IMG/VR virus record: IMGVR_UViG_2529292922_000010
Source of the DNA: a virus
Taxonomy: Duplodnaviria; Heunggongvirae; Uroviricota; Caudoviricetes
Length of the DNA: 64,000 bases
Direction: 5' to 3' (one strand)
Shown here: piece after piece, positions 10,852-20,528 of the stretch
Numbering within the stretch: position 1 is the stretch's first letter
Layout: each line of letters begins with the position of its first letter
Made by a program: the position numbers and the translations under genes
The notes under the pieces: model-generated
Database searches by the model: none
What the model saw: the letters and a program-made list of their open reading frames with translations, nothing else
What the model was told of the DNA's origin: nothing

Positions 10852-12060
10852 TCATTGATTCACCTCCTGCGGCGGTTCTGGTAGCGGCATCCAGTGTGAC
10901 GGTTTCCACGACGCACCAGGAATTATCCACCCATCATTAGCGTCAGGATGCCCCGGGATGTAAGTAGCCCATTTCATTCGCCAGTCACCTTTCCTGTCAA
11001 ACTCCACGGCAACAAGAACGGCTGTTTTGGTATTCGGCATTCGCTCACTACAGCTTATCCAACCATCCGGAGTTACCGGAGAATTGCCATTTACCAAGTC
11101 AGCTCGAACATATAGCGTGTCATCATGGTGCTGATTGTGGCTGCACCACGTTAATTCGCTTAACTCGCCATCTTCTGGCCATACTCCAGCTGTTTGCAGC
11201 CAGATATGGGCTGGCGCATCCTGGCAAGGTGTATTAACTGGAAACTTGTAAGTTTGGCTTACAGGTTGGCTACCCTGAAGCATGGCAGCGTGGCAGGCAT
11301 ACTCAACGCCCTTAACTGCATCTGCGCAGTAGTTATAGCGATTGCATTCCACTAATTTCCGTTTGAGTTTTTCAATTGCCTGCGCGACATCAGCCTGTAT
11401 TACAGGAACTGGCGGAACGGCTGTTTGCTCTCGAACGTCATTAGTCGCTATCGGTTCTGCTGCCAACTGACTGGCATATTTGTTAATGGTAACGATAAGC
11501 TCTTGCTCAGCCTCATCCAGACAATCACCGATACCTCGCCTGTCACCGTCAAAATCATCGAAATCAGCACGAATCTTGGCAACCTTCTGGATTGCGGACA
11601 ACACCTCACTAGGAATTACCGGATAGTTGGTTGACGTTTCCGCGATTTCCCGAAAATTATTGGTTGACGAATTCTTGTTTTCCCGAAAGTTTCCGGACTG
11701 AAGCATGGCGGCGCGGCAGGCGTTCCAGCCATCAACATAATCAAACGTATTGCTATCGTCTGGCTCGATTTCATCCGGCACTACCGGCTCTGGTTGGATA
11801 GTGACGTTGGCAAAGGCAGCACGCAAACCGGCCTTAATTTCCTCTACTTCATCAGCGCCTAGCGATGAATCTGACAATGCGTGATGGAATGCGTAAGCCA
11901 TGTCGTCGTTTACTGCAACCGGTTCTGCTTCCAGCGATGCCAGAGCAATTCGTGCCAGTTCTTCCGCTTCTTCTGCTGGCAGTACAACGTTGCTACCAGG
12001 TCCGTATGTTTCGCGCCACTGCTTGATTGTCAGCAGTCGCTCTTTGGTAATAGTGGTCAT
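10852..12060 (-). CDS. hypothetical phage protein with DUF551-like C-terminal domain
   Basis: 402 aa; C-terminal W/P-rich motif (WIIPGASWKPSHWMPLPEPP) typical of DUF551. Confidence 0.5.
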   Translation of the reverse strand: MTTITKERLLTIKQWRETYGPGSNVVLPAEEAEELARIALASLEAEPVAVNDDMAYAFHHALSDSSLGADEVEEIKAGLRAAFANVTIQPEPVVPDEIEPDDSNTFDYVDGWNACRAAMLQSGNFRENKNSSTNNFREIAETSTNYPVIPSEVLSAIQKVAKIRADFDDFDGDRRGIGDCLDEAEQELIVTINKYASQLAAEPIATNDVREQTAVPPVPVIQADVAQAIEKLKRKLVECNRYNYCADAVKGVEYACHAAMLQGSQPVSQTYKFPVNTPCQDAPAHIWLQTAGVWPEDGELSELTWCSHNQHHDDTLYVRADLVNGNSPVTPDGWISCSERMPNTKTAVLVAVEFDRKGDWRMKWATYIPGHPDANDGWIIPGASWKPSHWMPLPEPPQEVNQ

Positions 12061-12572
12061 GCCGCGTTTCCTTCTTTCTTATTAACAATTACACCGTCAT
12101 ATATTTCATTAAGGTGCCCTCTCAACTCCATGCGCCTTAATGCAGATAACATGTAATCGCATTCAACCTGCTTATTTCCAGTAAATGGCTTATCGTCAGG
12201 ATTACCCCAACAGCAATTACCCTTGGGCCACCCATGTACTTTCCGTACTCTTCCGTTAACAACGTGAAGTAATCCCCAGCCAGGTGGTAAATCCTCAATT
12301 GAAATAATTCCAGGCTCACTAATAAAGAATCGCCAGTCGCCCATGCCAAGTGAGGGATTTTTACGGAAACGCTTTTTTCTATCTGCCAACAAGTCAGCAC
12401 GAGAACACTTCGCCTCTATCAGGCATGATGCTGAATTTCTGAATCCCATAGCATCTGGCTGTTCTCCGGTACTGGTTACAGCTATAAAGCGGTCATGAAA
12501 ACAAACCTTGAACCCGTTGCGCTTAAGGAACTTGTACGCAATTTGACAGAGTTCGCGGTGTGTTAACGCCAT
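12057..12572 (-). CDS. PD-(D/E)xK nuclease-superfamily protein (MmcB-like)
   Basis: motif PDAMGF...CLIEAKCSRAD (PD...E-x-K); start taken at MALTHREL. Confidence 0.45.
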   Translation of the reverse strand: MALTHRELCQIAYKFLKRNGFKVCFHDRFIAVTSTGEQPDAMGFRNSASCLIEAKCSRADLLADRKKRFRKNPSLGMGDWRFFISEPGIISIEDLPPGWGLLHVVNGRVRKVHGWPKGNCCWGNPDDKPFTGNKQVECDYMLSALRRMELRGHLNEIYDGVIVNKKEGNAA

Positions 12573-12913
12573 ATCACTCTCCTTTAGTGCGCAAATGGTT
12601 TTTCCAGCGGTTTTGCGCCGCGCTGGGCTTTTTGCAAAAACCACAATCCATCATCCCGTAATATTTCATCAACCCCATCCGTCGGTTGCTGAGTCTCACC
12701 CACTGCCAGACGCCAGGAGCGTTTCTACGAACTAACAGAATCTTTGCTTTACGGTTTTTCATCGCTTTGCTCTCCTGCGTCTCTTTGCTGCTCGTCGTGC
12801 CGCTGCAATACCGGTATGGCGGCGCTTTGGTGCCGGGATGATGTTCTTTGCAATTAGCGCAGAAGCCCAAAAACGAGTCGGATACGGTAACAAGCCGATA
12901 CATGCCACACGCA

Positions 12914-13561
12914 TTACTTACCTCCTTTGATGCGAATGCCAGCGGCGCGCTCGGCTTCACTTTGTTCCCAAAACCACTTGTGAAGCGCCATAAGCTTTTC
13001 GTCAATCGGTGCATATTTGCGATTAAAGTAGGCCTGAGCATCTTTCTCAGATTCGTCCGGTAATTCGCCAGGGCCAAACAGTGTGTTATAAATCCATGCT
13101 AGTCCGCTCTTAGCGTCGCCAGTTGCCTGCCATTCGATAATGGCAGCCTGCATGACCAGAATGTTTTTCCCGATTAATAGGTCCAGTTCTTTGTACCGGT
13201 TGCGGATGTATGCATTCTCGCTTTGTAATTTTGCGTTGCGCTTTTCTGAGGCTTCAAGTAACGCCTGCTTATCGCGTAGAGCTTCTTCCAGTTCAGCAAC
13301 ATGGCATTCACTATCAATAAGGTTGTTCTCTGCTGCTTCAAGCTCAACACGCAGCTTCCCAACCGTAAGCGCAATCTCCTCGTTCTCCTGGTCGCGGCGT
13401 TTGATGTATTGCTGGTTTCTTTCCTGTTCATCCAGCAGTTCCAGCACAATCGATGGTGTTACCAGCTCATGGAAAAGGTCCGCGTCAAATCCCCAGTCGT
13501 CATGCATTGCCTGCTCTGCCGCCTCACGCAGTGCCTGATAGTCAATTGTCATTCTCGCCAT
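12914..13561 (-). CDS. hypothetical coiled-coil protein
   Basis: 215-aa ORF. Confidence 0.45.
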   Translation of the reverse strand: MARMTIDYQALREAAEQAMHDDWGFDADLFHELVTPSIVLELLDEQERNQQYIKRRDQENEEIALTVGKLRVELEAAENNLIDSECHVAELEEALRDKQALLEASEKRNAKLQSENAYIRNRYKELDLLIGKNILVMQAAIIEWQATGDAKSGLAWIYNTLFGPGELPDESEKDAQAYFNRKYAPIDEKLMALHKWFWEQSEAERAAGIRIKGGK

Positions 13562-14217
13562 CCTTCACAGTTGTAATCACTACAGCCTTCAAAATCATAT
13601 GGGCTGTACTGCCAGGTTATTTTTCCGCAATGCGGACAATTCCAACGCACCTTCCCGCTTCGCGACTTCTTTCTTCTGTTCTGCTCTTTCAACCAGTCAG
13701 GCATGACCAAACCTGCGCCCTGAACCATTGTTCTGCGGTTAAAGTTATTGATATTGAACGTCCGGCGCTTTGCTGCATCAGCAATGGAAAATGGCAACCA
13801 AACTATTCCTGGTTCGTTTTTGTTGACGACGCTAAAGATGGTCGCTTTACTGAAGTCATCTGTTGGCAATCCACCGTGTTGAAGCCAGTAAACATCGTTG
13901 CCGTTCCAGCTACCTTTTTTGTAGGCCACATACTCAGTGCAATCTGACTCAATCAGGCTTTCTGTAGGGATGTACTGGCAATCAACGTGCCACACAGCCA
14001 TTGCATCCACACTATCGGCACAAACAGGCTGATCGATATCTCGCCCACAATTCCAGGCTTTTTGGGCTTCTTCCAGCGTGTAAATATGAGCGCGATCGAT
14101 ATCAGAACTGTAACCATTGCCGTTATGGCAATGGAATGAGGCGTTATTACCCACAGTTTCACGCAAGCACATCATGTAAAAACGGTTACTCACTGGTTGC
14201 CCCCTGAATACGCTCAA
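13549..14217 (-). CDS. hypothetical Cys-rich protein (C-terminal CPHC zinc ribbon)
   Basis: 222-aa ORF, start uncertain. Confidence 0.4.
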   Translation of the reverse strand: MSVFRGQPVSNRFYMMCLRETVGNNASFHCHNGNGYSSDIDRAHIYTLEEAQKAWNCGRDIDQPVCADSVDAMAVWHVDCQYIPTESLIESDCTEYVAYKKGSWNGNDVYWLQHGGLPTDDFSKATIFSVVNKNEPGIVWLPFSIADAAKRRTFNINNFNRRTMVQGAGLVMPDWLKEQNRRKKSRSGKVRWNCPHCGKITWQYSPYDFEGCSDYNCEGWRE

Positions 14218-14887
14218 ACTCGATTACCCACACCCAGGGATTAGCGTTCCAACTATCTTCGCCATAAATTGATTTCCATAGGCTACGGAAACCTGGGTAA
14301 TGCTTATCGCCAATGAGGGTCGATTCTGTTGGTGCGCCCTCAGCCCTTGCATCGCATTCGCTGATATCGTTCAACCGCTCAACGCGCACGTTGGTAATTT
14401 CCACCAGGATGCGTGATGCCCATCGCGGCATGTGAATTGATGGACGCCACCCACCATCAAACTTTTCATTCACAGTGTGAGGTTTCCAGTCGGCATCATC
14501 GGGTATCGACCATAAGCCGTAATCACCAGGCTTTTGCTCACAACTGGCCCGATAAATCCTTGCTGCGCTCTTCTCATCGCCACGACAAAGGTTGTCGTTC
14601 CAGTCCACACTGCAACCATCCTCATTGCCTAATATCGCCCATGTTTCACGAACCCAAATTCGATCGCCGACGATACCAAAGGGGCAATTGAAAACACTGC
14701 TTACACCATCAGCCCCGTACCACTGAAAACCTGCATCAATTTTTCTAACCATCACTGGTGCTTCTGGACCAACTTCCGCAGGCTGATTTTTCATTATCCG
14801 CCGCGTCTGCGTTTTCCTTCCTTCGAGGATGGCCCGGACCATCTCATCGTTGAAAATCATGCCGCGCTCTTTCACTTCGCCTTTCAT
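14186..14887 (-). CDS. hypothetical phage protein (N-terminal GRKTQTRR motif)
   Basis: 233-aa ORF. Confidence 0.45.
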   Translation of the reverse strand: MKGEVKERGMIFNDEMVRAILEGRKTQTRRIMKNQPAEVGPEAPVMVRKIDAGFQWYGADGVSSVFNCPFGIVGDRIWVRETWAILGNEDGCSVDWNDNLCRGDEKSAARIYRASCEQKPGDYGLWSIPDDADWKPHTVNEKFDGGWRPSIHMPRWASRILVEITNVRVERLNDISECDARAEGAPTESTLIGDKHYPGFRSLWKSIYGEDSWNANPWVWVIEFERIQGATSE

Positions 14888-14896
14888 GCATCCCCC

Positions 14897-14983
14897 TTAC
14901 CCATGCGCGACGATGCCGCCAAAAGTGATAGAGAACAGCCAGAAATAGATCGCGGCCATAATGATTTTGAATGCCGAGTTCAT
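14897..14983 (-). CDS. 28-aa hydrophobic leader-like peptide
   Basis: ATG preceded by AGGAG RBS; MNSAFKIIMAAIYFWLFSITFGGIVAHG; lies between a C1 operator/hairpin and the downstream gene. Confidence 0.3.
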   Translation of the reverse strand: MNSAFKIIMAAIYFWLFSITFGGIVAHG

Positions 14984-15011
14984 ATTTTCAGCTCCTGTGA
15001 TTGATTGGAAA

Positions 15012-15040
15012 CATGCCGCGCCTTGCGGCATGTTTTTATT
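15012..15040. terminator. GC-rich palindromic hairpin (terminator or leader structure)
   Basis: AAACATGCCGCGCCTTGCGGCATGTTTTT, perfect stem flanked by A and T runs. Confidence 0.5.
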
Positions 15041-15065
15041 TTCACTTTCTCTGTCTTAAAAATCA

Positions 15066-15082
15066 ATATTTATTAGAGCAAT
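15066..15082 (-). promoter_or_regulatory. C1 operator
   Basis: AATATTTATTAGAGCAAT = reverse complement of ATTGCTCTAATAAATATT. Confidence 0.65.
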
Positions 15083-15588
15083 TATTGTTGATGAAAAAGC
15101 GCATTTTCATACTCCCTGACCATTAACGTAAGCACGCCGTGCCTCCTGAAAACACGCGCCACTTCAATCTTATCTTCCAGCGCGAACGCGATTTTACTTA
15201 GACCAATTTTCTTAAGGAGATCAATCTTTGCTGGGCCGTCATTTCTGTCATCGGTGGCAGGACGCATAGATAGCAAAGGCTCAGCCCCGTTTGTTACGTA
15301 CTTCCGCAGCCAGGCTCGTGTTTTATCCCTTGCGATCTCACAGCGCCCGGTTACAAACCAGACCGTGTAAACGTTAAATAACTGGCGCACCATATCAATA
15401 ACTGGAGTGATGGGAGTATCGGTGTCACAGGCGAGATTAAACTCGTTCCAGTCCTTTGTTAATGCACCTTTACCTGGTGGCGGAAGCAAATGCAGTCTGT
15501 CTTCAGTTGCCTCTGATATTGTTCCATCAATATCGACTATGACGATATACGGACGTTCCTGGTGTGCGTGTTTATTGAAAATACTCAA
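15082..15588 (-). CDS. HAD-superfamily phosphatase (Pap-like acid phosphatase)
   Basis: motif I IVIVDIDGTI (DxDGT); 168 aa. Confidence 0.6.
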   Translation of the reverse strand: MSIFNKHAHQERPYIVIVDIDGTISEATEDRLHLLPPPGKGALTKDWNEFNLACDTDTPITPVIDMVRQLFNVYTVWFVTGRCEIARDKTRAWLRKYVTNGAEPLLSMRPATDDRNDGPAKIDLLKKIGLSKIAFALEDKIEVARVFRRHGVLTLMVREYENALFHQQ

Positions 15589-15661
15589 ATGCCCTCCTCA
15601 TTGGACGAAAAAAAATGCTGGTGGGCGCACTCCACCAGCATTAAAAGTGACACTGTAACTA

Positions 15662-16924
15662 TCAGCGAACGTAAATAGTGCCGCCGTTCTCTTTTTCCCA
15701 TGCATCGCTACGTGCATAGCAAACATCGAGAAGTCTTCTTGCCGCTGTTTCCTCTAAACCCAATTCGACAACCAACTGCTCATGACGGCGGGTAACCACA
15801 TCAAACAGGGTATGCAACCCTTTAGTTGCCAGTTCATCAATGAATTCCGGTTCGAACGGTAGCTCTGCATCTGCCAACATAACCTCTTGCGCCCACTCGA
15901 CACGACGGACCAGTTCCGGGCGGCGGCTTTCCATCTCTTTACAGATCAATTCATGGAAGAACTCTACCCAACCTTCCGGCTGGAACTCGCGGAAAATGGC
16001 CAACGGCTGGAAGTTTGGCATCAACCATTCGTTGATCCGGATATCAATGGCATAGCCCATGTCGCAGCAGAACTGATAAGCAAAGTCCAGCTTAGAAACG
16101 ATATAAGGACGCTCGTTATTGAACTCTTTAGGCGATGAGATCCCATAAGCCAGGAGGCGCGGGAAGAAGGAGATTTGCCCTAACGTCGGATGAAGTTTGC
16201 TTGCAGGGAAACGGCGCTCAGTAATGCCATACATTTCCTTCTTGAGCGTCGCAAATTTGGCATTCTCATTAACCAGCGCGGTAACCTCTGCTTTTTTATT
16301 AGCAAATGCCACGCGCGCTTCGCTTGCATCTTTAATAGTTTTTTTGAGCTGTTGGTTAAGGTCGGCGACCTGCTTACGCAGTTCCTGTCGCTCGCTTTTA
16401 GCTTTGTTATAGCGTTTCTCAAGGTTAAAAGGATCAAGTTTCATGATCTCTTTATATTGAGATTTTAGCGTTGAAATCTGTGAGTTCCGCAGTTCAACCA
16501 TCGCGGTCATTTCATTGAGTTTTGTTTCCAGCTCAATGCTTATACGTTCGGCATTATCAGCACGCTGGTTGGCGTCATGCGTCGCATCGTCGATCGCGTC
16601 CTGTTGCTGGCGTTTCAAATGTTCAATTTGCAGCTGAAGCTCTTCAATTTCTTTACCCTTCAGACCGAGATCCAACTGCATATTTTCAGCTGCATCTACC
16701 AGGGAGTTATGGCTATCAGCTTCTGCGTTATAAACATCAATAAGCTGTGCGTGAAGCATCTCCGCTGACTGAACCGCATTATCAAAAAAACGTGCTGTGA
16801 GGTCATCACAACTAACGCGGCGTTGCGCGGCCCGGATGTTCTGGATAATGGCCGGGATACCGGCATTCAGGACGTCAGGGATAGATACATTTTCGATTGA
16901 TTGGTTTTGTGCTGAAGTGCTCAT
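15662..16924 (-). CDS. hypothetical protein, N-terminal coiled coil
   Basis: 420-aa ORF. Confidence 0.5.
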   Translation of the reverse strand: MSTSAQNQSIENVSIPDVLNAGIPAIIQNIRAAQRRVSCDDLTARFFDNAVQSAEMLHAQLIDVYNAEADSHNSLVDAAENMQLDLGLKGKEIEELQLQIEHLKRQQQDAIDDATHDANQRADNAERISIELETKLNEMTAMVELRNSQISTLKSQYKEIMKLDPFNLEKRYNKAKSERQELRKQVADLNQQLKKTIKDASEARVAFANKKAEVTALVNENAKFATLKKEMYGITERRFPASKLHPTLGQISFFPRLLAYGISSPKEFNNERPYIVSKLDFAYQFCCDMGYAIDIRINEWLMPNFQPLAIFREFQPEGWVEFFHELICKEMESRRPELVRRVEWAQEVMLADAELPFEPEFIDELATKGLHTLFDVVTRRHEQLVVELGLEETAARRLLDVCYARSDAWEKENGGTIYVR

Positions 16925-16925
16925 T

Positions 16926-17144
16926 TCAAAGTTCCGTATTAGCTTGTGCTTCGGTCATTTTTCCTAAGTATGAAGGTGGAAGGACTACGCAATTTGTATC
17001 CAGCCCCTCACCCAGGGCAGCCTGTAAAATTCTGGCTAAGGAGAGTCTCTTGTTGCGATACCGGGTGATGACATGCCTGATATCGCCGGACGGCGTAACA
17101 AAGGCGATCAGCCAGTAGTGATATTTCCGTCGGAATGGCCACAT
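16926..17144 (-). CDS. small hypothetical protein
   Basis: 72-aa ORF directly downstream of the 17226 gene. Confidence 0.3.
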   Translation of the reverse strand: MWPFRRKYHYWLIAFVTPSGDIRHVITRYRNKRLSLARILQAALGEGLDTNCVVLPPSYLGKMTEAQANTEL

Positions 17145-17157
17145 AGTGCACCTTATG

Positions 17158-17174
17158 GATTGCTCTAATAAAAA
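17158..17174 (+). promoter_or_regulatory. C1 operator
   Basis: ATTGCTCTAATAAAAAA. Confidence 0.6.
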
Positions 17175-17210
17175 ACGTGATGAGTGTACATCACGTTTTA
17201 AAAATATGGA

Positions 17211-17224
17211 ATTATTAGAGCAAT
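17211..17224 (-). promoter_or_regulatory. C1 operator (inverted partner of 17158); the pair flanks a perfect palindrome AAAACGTGATG...CATCACGTTTT
   Basis: ATTATTAGAGCAAT. Confidence 0.6.
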
Positions 17225-17225
17225 A

Positions 17226-17927
17226 TTATTCTGATTCTTGCTCAAAAAACGCGCTAATGAGAGGAAGCCAATCCTCTGACACTTCACGCGGTCGCGGTTT
17301 GCCATGGAAGAAGATTATTCGGCAGTCTTTTGGTAATGCCCCATTCCCCCTGGAGTAGCGCGCACTTGCATATTTCGAACCAGGTTCCACAACATCGGCC
17401 TTGTAACTTACAAACCATCCCGGATACAGATCCTGAAATGCTGGTGTATCATCGCCCATAACCTTCCGTAAGAACCCCTGATCACCCCAGCATTCAGTAG
17501 TAACACAACGAGCAATCCAACCTTCCGGATCTTGCCAGAATGCACTCCAGATATGCGCTTTTACACTATTTGGTATCCACAGGGCACCGCTGCCACGATA
17601 TTGTGGATGGTAAAAATCCCTAAGCATGGTGAAGCTGGTTGGTGGATGCTCTAGGATTGGGCGTATATCACCGGCAATAACCGTGTCCAAATCCAGATAG
17701 AACAGATCATCGGTTATATCCGGTCGGAACAACTCTATTTTCGCCCACCAGCCACGGCACTTTTGCCACTGGTTGATCAATGGGACAACTTTGACGCCAG
17801 GTACATGTAAACGCTTCAGGTCTGTCAGGCAAATAATTTCATAGCCTTTTGGCAGTTGATTAACCAGCCACTGCACATCGGAAGCGTTATAGTCACCACC
17901 AGAGCGAAAAACTAAAGCAATCTTCAT
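17226..17927 (-). CDS. glycosyltransferase-like protein (DxD motif)
   Basis: 233 aa; [12 protein letters not shown] resembles nucleotide-sugar transferase DxD motif. Confidence 0.4.
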   Translation of the reverse strand: MKIALVFRSGGDYNASDVQWLVNQLPKGYEIICLTDLKRLHVPGVKVVPLINQWQKCRGWWAKIELFRPDITDDLFYLDLDTVIAGDIRPILEHPPTSFTMLRDFYHPQYRGSGALWIPNSVKAHIWSAFWQDPEGWIARCVTTECWGDQGFLRKVMGDDTPAFQDLYPGWFVSYKADVVEPGSKYASARYSRGNGALPKDCRIIFFHGKPRPREVSEDWLPLISAFFEQESE

Positions 17928-18616
17928 GCTGCACCATCACCTTTCACTTTCATCAATGTCAGGTTTCCGCAAAATACGGCACCAGTGTCGATATACTGCT
18001 GATTCCAGAATGTCTTCGGGCTTTTCACCGGAGTGTGACCAAAGATAAAACGATCTGCGCCCGAAATTTCGCCACCAATATCATCCATCGAATCACTGAT
18101 ACGCTCGCGCGCCCAGACAACGTTGAAAAGCGGCACCTCCTTACCGAATTGGTATTCATTATCCGGATAGTCGGCATGGGCTATAACGATAGTTTCTTGC
18201 CCGGTGTTCAACTCAATGATATAGGGCAGACGCTTTACCAGCTCCACCAGCGCCCAGGCTAATATTTCCTGATCAGTGTCCAGCATGAAGAACCATTGTC
18301 CGCCATTCATTAGCCAGTTATTCACGTTGCCATCTGGACTTAACGCATCAATCATCAGCCGCTCATGGTTCCCCATCACTGCCCTGAACCAGGGCATCTG
18401 CAATAGTTCCAGACATTCGACATTTTCAGTACCGCGATCGATAAGGTCGCCGACCGATATCAGTAAATCCTGCGCCGGGTCAAAATCCACACGATGGAGT
18501 TCGGACATCAGTCTGGTGTAGCAACCATGCAGATCACCAACAACCCAGACATTCCTGTATTTGGTACCGTCGATACGGTGATAAATTGTGGGTGCCATCA
18601 TGTATTCTTCAGCCAT
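17924..18616 (-). CDS. ppp: Ser/Thr protein phosphatase (PPP/lambda-phosphatase family)
   Basis: GDLHG, GDLIDRG, GNHE metallophosphatase motifs. Confidence 0.85.
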   Translation of the reverse strand: MAEEYMMAPTIYHRIDGTKYRNVWVVGDLHGCYTRLMSELHRVDFDPAQDLLISVGDLIDRGTENVECLELLQMPWFRAVMGNHERLMIDALSPDGNVNNWLMNGGQWFFMLDTDQEILAWALVELVKRLPYIIELNTGQETIVIAHADYPDNEYQFGKEVPLFNVVWARERISDSMDDIGGEISGADRFIFGHTPVKSPKTFWNQQYIDTGAVFCGNLTLMKVKGDGAA

Positions 18617-19224
18617 TCTTTAAGAGTCATCTGCGGAATACCTCCCATTTTCCCGCATGAAACAACGTCAATCTGTTCACGCGCAGACTGGAATAACAAA
18701 GGCAGGTGACTTAGATTTTTTGGCGTGCCGCCGGAGTGAACGCGTGGTTCTTGTGTAGCGTCAACGCCCACCAGGGCGACATGTTTGAATCCGATATGGA
18801 AAGCCAGGTTCAGAGCACCATATGCACTATTGCCGCTGGCAATTTCATTCTCATCTTCGCAAAGGCCGAAATGTGCGGACCAGCGCCACGCCCACCACTC
18901 GGGAGAATTCGTATTTTTTGGCTCCATGCCGCGTTCAGCCACACGACGGAAGCACAGAACGCCATCTCTGACTTCACGTTCTTTAACATCGGGTAGTGCC
19001 ATGCAATAACAAACACCACGGCGACGGCGGCCACGACCAACGCGCCGCATATTGTCTGGGGATGGATCAAGGGTGAAAAAATAAGAAGCGCGGTTAAGCC
19101 AGTCGATGGCCCCATTGACCGCTATAATCGGCACTCCGCGCGGCGCAACAAAGTTTGCGGCGCTTGGGCCACTGCCGACGATAATAACGCGATCACTGCC
19201 TCTAAATTTATTCTTGGGAAACAT
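18598..19224 (-). CDS. DUF115/sialyltransferase-like putative glycosyltransferase (paralogue A)
   Basis: N-terminal [10 protein letters not shown]...IIAVNGA motif; paralogous to next gene. Confidence 0.4.
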   Translation of the reverse strand: MFPKNKFRGSDRVIIVGSGPSAANFVAPRGVPIIAVNGAIDWLNRASYFFTLDPSPDNMRRVGRGRRRRGVCYCMALPDVKEREVRDGVLCFRRVAERGMEPKNTNSPEWWAWRWSAHFGLCEDENEIASGNSAYGALNLAFHIGFKHVALVGVDATQEPRVHSGGTPKNLSHLPLLFQSAREQIDVVSCGKMGGIPQMTLKEWLKNT

Positions 19225-19784
19225 TGAATTGCACTGCTCCTACTTGCATTCAAAATATGTAAATCTGCGTGTTTTTTGCGGGTATCCAGGAACTGCTGTT
19301 GCCATTTTGAAATAGACACCTGCGTTGGATTCCGTAGGGCTTGAGGGTGCGCGCCATGCCAATGAAGGCCGTTTTGCAGAGAACAGTCATAGCCGACTAA
19401 TACCACTACTTCAGCCCCTGATTCAGCAGCCAGACTGATAGCCTGCGCGCCGCTATTTACCCCTTCCGCCGGTCCACAATATCGCCTGTACTCCAACGAA
19501 AATGATTTCGCCGCCGCCAGGTTGGCTGTCACTTTGCGGAATCTCCCTCCCGGTATGGTGGATCCGTATTGCTTCCACCATGACAAATCACCGGCGTATA
19601 AGGCATAAATGTCATCGAACATCTGCCAGGAATTGTTAACCGCGATGATTGAACAGCCAGTTTTTTCTATAGCAGCACAGTCCTCACGAGTGAGTGACGG
19701 ACCGCTACCGACACAAAAAACAGTCCTAGTCGCCCTGGGTGGTATGTTCATTCTCAGCTGCAAATTCAGCCTCCAGGCGAGCAT
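19122..19784 (-). CDS. DUF115/sialyltransferase-like putative glycosyltransferase (paralogue B)
   Basis: VFCVGSGPSL...IIAVNNS; shared NSG...LVGxD motif with paralogue A. Confidence 0.4.
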   Translation of the reverse strand: MLAWRLNLQLRMNIPPRATRTVFCVGSGPSLTREDCAAIEKTGCSIIAVNNSWQMFDDIYALYAGDLSWWKQYGSTIPGGRFRKVTANLAAAKSFSLEYRRYCGPAEGVNSGAQAISLAAESGAEVVVLVGYDCSLQNGLHWHGAHPQALRNPTQVSISKWQQQFLDTRKKHADLHILNASRSSAIQCFPRINLEAVIALLSSAVAQAPQTLLRRAECRL

Positions 19785-19947
19785 TCATTTCAGCGATTAC
19801 AGGGTCCACTACAGCATCTGTTTCCTGTTCATTACGCGGCATGACCGATGCCAGCGACTCATAATTAACCTTGGATGACACGATTATTCTCCCGATGTTA
19901 AAGTGCACTACCACAAAGAGTGTACATGCACTAATTAATTTATTATT

Positions 19948-20526
19948 TTAAGCGACATACAACCACTTATCGCCGTTCAATACATGCTCAATAGCCTCAC
20001 CCTTTTTAAGGCTTATGTATTCCAGAATGGCGGTTATCGCTTGTTCTGCACCATACGCAAGAACGACGTAGTAACCTTCCTCTCTAAGCCTGCGCATCCA
20101 GGCGATCTGCTCTTTCGTCGGGGCTTTACCATTTGGTTCTTTAAGCTCAATTCGCATGCCGTGATAAATGCCGCATGCTTTATCGAGACTCATGTCCGGA
20201 TAACCTTTTTTCTGCCCTTCAGCCTTCATTTTCCCGGCGGTTGCTTTTGAACGTTTCCCTCCGTTAGGCGTTGCATGCAACAGCTCATAGATGTCAGGGT
20301 GCTTGCGTTCGAAGTAATCAAAAATGAAAACCTGCTCGAAGTGCTCGCAATTTCCGTCGCGCAGGTCTGGGTTCTTTGCCAGTGCTGCAAGTGCCTTCGC
20401 ATGTGGAGAAACTTCTTTTACCGGCGCAAGCGATAAGAATGGATCCTTTTTGGTTTTTGGCCTGGACCGCCCCTTATTTCGACGCTCACTAAAAGCCTGA
20501 AACTCTTCCTCAGTAAAGCGCAACAT
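19948..20526 (-). CDS. VRR-NUC domain nuclease
   Basis: GYPDMSL...GIYHGMRIELK...QIAWMRRLREEGYYVVLAYG typical VRR-NUC (PD-(D/E)xK) pattern. Confidence 0.6.
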   Translation of the reverse strand: MLRFTEEEFQAFSERRNKGRSRPKTKKDPFLSLAPVKEVSPHAKALAALAKNPDLRDGNCEHFEQVFIFDYFERKHPDIYELLHATPNGGKRSKATAGKMKAEGQKKGYPDMSLDKACGIYHGMRIELKEPNGKAPTKEQIAWMRRLREEGYYVVLAYGAEQAITAILEYISLKKGEAIEHVLNGDKWLYVA

Positions 20527-20528
20527 AA

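Noticed and set aside
12574-13077. 167-aa minus-strand ORF overlapping two neighbouring genes
   Set aside because: Overlaps better-supported ORFs in other frames and lacks a start context.
13140-13538. Ser-rich 132-aa plus-strand ORF
   Set aside because: Antisense to the 12914..13561 gene; low-complexity translation typical of a spurious frame.
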